Below are positions 58,979-64,000 of a stretch of 64,000 nt of DNA, piece by piece. The translations under genes and the position numbers were made by a program. The DNA comes from Ignavibacteriota bacterium (GTDB lineage: Bacteria; Bacteroidota; Ignavibacteria; UBA10030). Numbering within the stretch: position 1 is the stretch's first letter; every line of letters begins with the position of its first letter. The DNA is taken from positions 32,001 through 96,000 of the forward strand of contig CAVSHO010000001.1 of assembly GCA_963727825.1 (NCBI GenBank). The letters are read 5' to 3'. The notes beneath the pieces are model-generated. The model had not been told where the DNA came from and ran no database searches. It saw only the letters and a list, made by a program, of their open reading frames with translations.

Positions 58979-59007
58979 GGAATTACTATAATTAAAGGAA
59001 AAGTGCT

Positions 59008-59469
59008 ATGGAAGATCTGAAAGATATTCTTGCAAAACATCCGTTCTTTAAAGGATTCAATGAAGAGTATTTTGCACTTATAGTCGGTTGTGCATCGAAT
59101 ATACGCGCCAACGCTGGTAAGATGATTCTTCGAGAAGGTGAAGAAGCAAATCATTTCTACCTCATTCGTTCGGGAAAAGTGACGCTCCAATTGATGACGC
59201 CAAATAAAGGGCCGATCATTATTGAAACATTGAGTGAGGGAGATATTCTCGGCTGGTCGTGGCTTGTGCCACCATATACTTGGCACTTCGATGCAAAGGC
59301 ATTGGAACTCACACGCATGATCGCCCTTGATGGGAAGTGCTTGCGTAATAAGTGCGAGAATGATCATCACCTTGGGTACGAATTGTTAAAACGCTTCGCT
59401 GACATAATGACGAAACGACTGAATTCTACACGCTTACAACTTCTGGATATTTATGGCGACCGATCCTGA
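59008..59469 (+). CDS. Cyclic-nucleotide-binding domain protein (no HTH)
   Basis: HPFF, REGE.A..FYLI..G.V, G...GWSWL.PPY.W.FDA.A, RL..TRLQLLD.Y motifs. Confidence 0.88.
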   Translation: MEDLKDILAKHPFFKGFNEEYFALIVGCASNIRANAGKMILREGEEANHFYLIRSGKVTLQLMTPNKGPIIIETLSEGDILGWSWLVPPYTWHFDAKALELTRMIALDGKCLRNKCENDHHLGYELLKRFADIMTKRLNSTRLQLLDIYGDRS

Positions 59470-60322
59470 ATTGCTATCACTCAAATTGGATTACAAACGG
59501 AATCCAATGCTTCCATGGCCGTTTCAAATCCGGCGGGTTAAGCATGAAACGGAAGACACATTCACCGTTGAATTACAACCTCTGGGCGCTTTGGAGGAGT
59601 TTGCGTTTCAGCCGGGACAGTTCAATATGATTTATGTACATGGAGTCGGTGAAATTCCGATTTCAATCAGCGGCGATCCTGCAAATCCACGTACACTTGT
59701 GCATACAACACGCGCAGTTGGCACTGTAACGAAAGCAATGGATAAAATGCGGCGCGGAGACATTTTAGGTATTCGCGGTCCGTATGGAACACCATGGCCT
59801 GTGGATCAAGCAATCGGATTGGATGTCGTTTTCGTTGCCGGCGGTATAGGGCTGGCACCATTACGACCAGCATTATATGAGGTCGTTGCCCACCGTGAGC
59901 AATACGGAAAAGTAGTATTATTATATGGGACACGCACACCCTTAGATGTTCTTTTTCGGCAAGAACTGGAGAACTGGCGTGCACGCTTCGATTTAGAAAT
60001 TTATGTTACAGTTGATCGAGCGATGAGCGGCTGGCGCGGCAATGTTGGAGTAGTGACGAATCTTATTTCCCGTGCGCCATTTAATCCGCGTAATACGATG
60101 GCATGCGTCTGCGGTCCGGAAATTATGATGCGGTTCACAGCAATGGAACTGCACAAGCGCGGTGTCGATAATGAACGCATTTTTGTTTCAATGGAGCGTA
60201 ATATGAAATGTGCTATCGGCTTGTGCGGTCATTGCCAGTTCGGATCGGTCTTTGTATGTAAAGATGGGCCTGTCTTTCAGTATAGTAAAATCAAGGATAT
60301 GCTGGTGAAATGGGAAATTTAA
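59453..60322 (+). CDS. Group 3b hydrogenase gamma subunit (FAD/NAD(P)-binding, 2Fe-2S)
   Basis: [56 protein letters not shown] motifs. Confidence 0.93.
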   Translation: MATDPELLSLKLDYKRNPMLPWPFQIRRVKHETEDTFTVELQPLGALEEFAFQPGQFNMIYVHGVGEIPISISGDPANPRTLVHTTRAVGTVTKAMDKMRRGDILGIRGPYGTPWPVDQAIGLDVVFVAGGIGLAPLRPALYEVVAHREQYGKVVLLYGTRTPLDVLFRQELENWRARFDLEIYVTVDRAMSGWRGNVGVVTNLISRAPFNPRNTMACVCGPEIMMRFTAMELHKRGVDNERIFVSMERNMKCAIGLCGHCQFGSVFVCKDGPVFQYSKIKDMLVKWEI

Positions 60323-60338
60323 TATAAAGAGCACGAAG

Positions 60339-61154
60339 ATGCCCACTAAGAACATAAAGGCTCTAAAAATGGCTGCCAAGAAAATGCGTAAGCCGAAACT
60401 TGCTGTTTGGAAATTTTCTTCATGCGATGGATGTCAGTTAAGTTTGCTCGATTGTGAAGACGAACTGCTCGCCATCACCGAGCACTTAGAGATCGCTAAC
60501 TTCGTAGAAGCGTCACGCGCAGTAGTGAAAGGTCCATATGACGTTTCACTTGTGGAAGGCTCTATCACTACGCCACACGATGCCGAGCGCATCCACCAAG
60601 TGCGGCGGCAGTCGAAAGTTCTCATTACCATCGGAGCATGCGCGACGGCAGGAGGCATACAAGCGCTTCGCAACTTCAAGGATGTGAAACAATTCATCGC
60701 GATGGTTTATGCCAACCCGAAATACATCGAAACGCTAAATAAATCTACACCTATTGCAGATCATGTCTTTGTTGATTTTGAGTTACGCGGTTGTCCGATC
60801 AATAAGCATCAATTGGTGGAAGTCATTAATGCATATCTCAACGGTCGTAAACCAAATACACCGGCATATGCCGTGTGCATTGAATGCAAACGGCGCTTTA
60901 TCACTTGCGGATTGGTGTCGCACGGTCCAACATGCCTCGGTCCGGTCACGCAAGCAGGCTGCAATGCATTATGTCCATCATACCACCGTGGCTGCTTTGG
61001 TTGTTATGGACCAAAGGAAACACCAAACACATCTGCACTTAGCACATACTGGAATTCACTCGGTGTAAAAGATGATGAACTAGTACGTTTGTTCCGCGGA
61101 TTCAATGCTTATGCTGAAGCATTCCGGAAAGAAAGCGAAGCACATGAAAAGTAA
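60339..61154 (+). CDS. Group 3b hydrogenase delta (small) subunit
   Basis: [36 protein letters not shown]....C.GC.GP motifs; alternative start at 60369. Confidence 0.93.
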   Translation: MPTKNIKALKMAAKKMRKPKLAVWKFSSCDGCQLSLLDCEDELLAITEHLEIANFVEASRAVVKGPYDVSLVEGSITTPHDAERIHQVRRQSKVLITIGACATAGGIQALRNFKDVKQFIAMVYANPKYIETLNKSTPIADHVFVDFELRGCPINKHQLVEVINAYLNGRKPNTPAYAVCIECKRRFITCGLVSHGPTCLGPVTQAGCNALCPSYHRGCFGCYGPKETPNTSALSTYWNSLGVKDDELVRLFRGFNAYAEAFRKESEAHEK

Positions 61155-62433
61155 GACCATAAAAGTTGATTACCTTGCCCGCGTAGAGGGCGAAGGCGGA
61201 TTATTAGTGAAAGTCAGCGGAAATAAAGTTGCCGATGTCAAATTCAATATCTTTGAGCCGCCAAGATTTTTTGAAGCATTTCTCCGCGGCAGACATTACA
61301 GCGAAGCGCCGGATATTACCGCGCGCATTTGCGGCATTTGTCCTGTTGCATACCAAATGAGTTCCGTTCATGCGATGGAAAACGCTTTTGGTGTTAGGGT
61401 AGACGGACAGCTCCGGGCGCTCCGCCGATTATTATATTGCGGTGAATGGATTGAAAGTCATGCACTGCACATTTTCATGCTGCACACACCGGACTTTCTC
61501 GGTTACGCCGATGTGATTCAGATGGCAAAAGATCACGGTCCCGTTGTTCAAATGGCGTTAAAGATAAAAAAGGTCGGCAACGATATCGTTAATCTTATCG
61601 GCGGGAGGGAAATTCATCCGATCAATGTTCGAGTTGGCGGCTTCTACAAATTACCGACGAAGCAAGAACTTGAAACATTAGTCGAGCGATTAAAGTGGGC
61701 AGTGGATTCATCCATTCAGACTGTGAAATTTGTTGCCAAATTAACTTTTCCTGACTTTGAGCGTCCGTACGAATATGTCGCATTGCGCCACGAGAAGGAA
61801 TATCCATTTAATGAAGGACGGCTTTTTTCCAACAAGGGACTGGACATCGAGATTAATGAATATGAGAACCATTTTATGGAAGAGCACGTCTCACACTCCA
61901 ACGCACTTCACTGCATTTTAAAAGAACGCGGTGCGTATTTCGTCGGACCGCTGGCGCGTTATAACCTGAACTTCGATAAACTTACATCTGCCGCGCAAGA
62001 TGCCGCAAAGTCGGCAGGTATCGGAAAAGGGACAAATAACCCGTTCAAGAGTATCATCGTGCGATCAGTGGAGATGCTCTACGCCTGCGAAGAAGCGTTG
62101 CGCATTATAAAAGAGTATGAAATGCCAGAGAAAGCGGCAGTGGATATTCAACCAAAACTCGGTACCGGATATGGTTGTACCGAAGCACCAAGAGGTATCC
62201 TCTATCACCGATACCGTTTAGATGAGCGAGGGATTATTCTCGACGCAAAGATCGTTCCACCTACATCACAGAACCAGAAGACTATCGAACAGGACTTGCG
62301 AGAATTCGTTCCGCCACGCTTGCATCTTTCACAAGAGAAACTTACTTGGCAATGTGAACAAGCAATCCGGAATTATGATCCGTGCATTTCGTGTGCAACC
62401 CATTTCCTGAAGCTTGAGATCGAAGACGAATAA
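61144..62433 (+). CDS. Group 3b [NiFe]-hydrogenase alpha (large) subunit
   Basis: ARVEGEG, L1 [23 protein letters not shown]2 DPCISCATH with a cleavable C-terminal tail; start MKSKTI at 61144. Confidence 0.96.
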   Translation: MKSKTIKVDYLARVEGEGGLLVKVSGNKVADVKFNIFEPPRFFEAFLRGRHYSEAPDITARICGICPVAYQMSSVHAMENAFGVRVDGQLRALRRLLYCGEWIESHALHIFMLHTPDFLGYADVIQMAKDHGPVVQMALKIKKVGNDIVNLIGGREIHPINVRVGGFYKLPTKQELETLVERLKWAVDSSIQTVKFVAKLTFPDFERPYEYVALRHEKEYPFNEGRLFSNKGLDIEINEYENHFMEEHVSHSNALHCILKERGAYFVGPLARYNLNFDKLTSAAQDAAKSAGIGKGTNNPFKSIIVRSVEMLYACEEALRIIKEYEMPEKAAVDIQPKLGTGYGCTEAPRGILYHRYRLDERGIILDAKIVPPTSQNQKTIEQDLREFVPPRLHLSQEKLTWQCEQAIRNYDPCISCATHFLKLEIEDE

Positions 62434-62548
62434 CACAGAGACACATCCGATATGAATGCGATTGAACACAGCGACAGTGAAAATTTTTATTATTCTTACA
62501 ATTGATAGCTGAAATGTATTCATTCACGAATAAAGCAGGAGGTGGTGT

Positions 62549-63037
62549 ATGGCGAAGCTTGATGATGTGATTGATTACTTAAAGCACAACAACGTACAGT
62601 ATGAGGTGATTGAGCACCCCCCAGCATTTTCTGCGCACGAAGTTGCTGTTGTTTCACATGTGCCGGAAAAAGATCTGGCAAAAACTCTAATTGTTAACGC
62701 CGACGGAAAATATTATATGGTTGTGATGCCTGCTGACCACAGATTAGATGATCATTTGCTGCACGATGTACTAAAGTCGAAACATGTTCATCTTGCATCC
62801 GAAGAAGATTTACGGCAGATTTTTCCAGATTGTGAAGTTGGTGCTATGCCGCCGTTTGGAAATCTCTACGCCTTACCGGTGTATGCCGATAAATCGCTGG
62901 CAGATGATGATGTGATTGTCTTCAATGCATGTTCGCACATAAGATCTATTCGCCTTAAAATGTACGATTTCCTGCGATTAGTGAAACCTGTCGTTGCGGA
63001 ATTCTCACAGACGCGATTCGAGATAAAAGAACCATAA
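62549..63037 (+). CDS. YbaK/ProX (INS-superfamily) aminoacyl-tRNA deacylase-like protein
   Basis: Y....H..A.SA...A...H......AKT, LA.E.....FPDCE.GAMPPFG motifs; RBS GGAGGTGG. Confidence 0.88.
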   Translation: MAKLDDVIDYLKHNNVQYEVIEHPPAFSAHEVAVVSHVPEKDLAKTLIVNADGKYYMVVMPADHRLDDHLLHDVLKSKHVHLASEEDLRQIFPDCEVGAMPPFGNLYALPVYADKSLADDDVIVFNACSHIRSIRLKMYDFLRLVKPVVAEFSQTRFEIKEP

Positions 63038-63504
63038 TGATCGAGAACAGCCCAAGAAAGGTTCTTCTCATCGGGATTGGCAATGAGTATCGCGGTGATG
63101 ATGGAATTGGGTTGGAAGTAGCGCGTCAAATCCGGAAGAAACAATTTCCGTCTGTTATTGTAAAAGAAGAGTCGGGCGAAGGCGCCGCCCTGATGGAAAC
63201 GTGGCAAGGATGTAAGAACGTCATTATAGTGGACGCAATTTCATCAGGCGCAAAATCAGGAACGATAGTAAAAATTGATGCTAGTAAGGAAATTGTGCCA
63301 ATGAAGTTTTTTCATTATTCAACACACGCGTTCAGTGTTGCAGAAGCGATAGAGTTAGCAAGGGCGATGAGAACGCTGCCGCGGGAGCTCTTGATATATG
63401 GAATTGAAGGCGCAGACTTTAGTGCAGGAATGAATATATCGCACGTTGTGCAAGAGTCAGCAAAGCAAGTTGTCAAACAGATTTTAAAAAAGTTAAGGCA
63501 GTAG
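63037..63504 (+). CDS. Hydrogenase maturation protease (HycI/HoxW-like)
   Basis: LIGIGN..RGDDG.G, IVDA...G...G, STH motifs. Confidence 0.93.
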   Translation: MIENSPRKVLLIGIGNEYRGDDGIGLEVARQIRKKQFPSVIVKEESGEGAALMETWQGCKNVIIVDAISSGAKSGTIVKIDASKEIVPMKFFHYSTHAFSVAEAIELARAMRTLPRELLIYGIEGADFSAGMNISHVVQESAKQVVKQILKKLRQ

Positions 63505-63599
63505 GCTGGTAGAAATATTGTTGCCCTCTGCCGGTTGTCAACGTGCATTGCGCAAAAGATATCACGATAAGAAAATCATTTTTATTTAAGGAGTAATGA

Positions 63600-64000
63600 A
63601 TGCAAATCCCAACTTCACCATCGATTCGACCGGATGAAGTGCCGCGAAAAATAGAAAAAATGAAAAAAGTCGTCCGACGGATCAAGTTTGAGGCCGAACT
63701 TGACCACAATTTCGGTGAGCATATTGCAGAGAAAGCGTATGGACAAAAACTATTAGGTTGTATCCAATGTGGAACGTGTAGTGCAACATGTCCTTTATCG
63801 CACTATATGGATTATACACCACGAAAAGTTATCGCTATGACACGGGAAGGATTCAAAGAAGAAGTTTTGAATTCGCTCACAATCTGGCTTTGTGCCTCAT
63901 GTTATTCGTGTACTGTAGAATGCCCGCGCCAGATTCATATTACTGAAATTATGTATGCACTCAAGCGCGAAGCAATCCAGCTTGGTTACTATCCGAAAAG
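63600..64000 (+). CDS. hdrC: Heterodisulfide reductase subunit C-like 2x[4Fe-4S] protein (runs off the window end)
   Basis: Manual translation from ATG at 63600 (RBS AAGGAG): ...CIQCGTCSATCP...MDYTPRK.IA....G..EEVL.S..IWLCASCYSC.VECPR.I.ITE.M.ALKR.A. Confidence 0.85.
   Translation, partial: MQIPTSPSIRPDEVPRKIEKMKKVVRRIKFEAELDHNFGEHIAEKAYGQKLLGCIQCGTCSATCPLSHYMDYTPRKVIAMTREGFKEEVLNSLTIWLCASCYSCTVECPRQIHITEIMYALKREAIQLGYYPK

Noticed and set aside
61144-62433. Selenocysteine-containing [NiFeSe] hydrogenase
   Set aside because: The L2 motif is DPCISC with Cys codons and there is no in-frame TGA.
62431-62470. ACACAGAGACAC / AACACAGCGACA repeat-like sequence after the large subunit
   Set aside because: Only two short degenerate copies, indistinguishable from chance.

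Overview
Bacterial chromosomal window. Gene content, the purH-mreB-mreC order and sigma70-type TTGnnn-N17-TAnnnT promoters suggest Ignavibacteria or a related FCB-group lineage (inference). From left to right: (1) a truncated DUF559 nuclease gene and a divergent XRE/S24 (CI/LexA-like) repressor share a control region with two ACGACA-N4-TGTCGT-type palindromes, followed by small accessory genes; (2) a ~20 kb surface-glycan/LPS cluster (GT2, GT4, GT9, Wzx, YfhO, a GT-C enzyme, six SAM methyltransferase domains); (3) housekeeping genes mreC, mreB, purH, purN, an MBL hydrolase, an S46 peptidase, xerD, a STAS protein, ligA and a RodZ-like gene; (4) two tandem, almost leaderless 'MGQQQ' pilin-like genes flanked by a hybrid kinase/response regulator, a polyprenol-phosphate-sugar synthase and five different GT-C-type membrane proteins, including TMTC-like and TMEM260/DUF2723-like ones. 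This is the best candidate for an undescribed system, a pilin plus protein-glycosylation island; (5) a nested REPIN-like hairpin element and a PDZ-only protein; (6) a NifL-like PAS kinase and sigma54 activator upstream of a near-consensus sigma54 promoter heading a group 3b [NiFe]-hydrogenase operon with a YbaK-like deacylase, a maturation protease and a truncated HdrC. Two genes carry single-base frameshifts. No rRNA, tRNA, CRISPR array or intact transposase was seen. All family calls come from motif recognition by eye, not from database searches.
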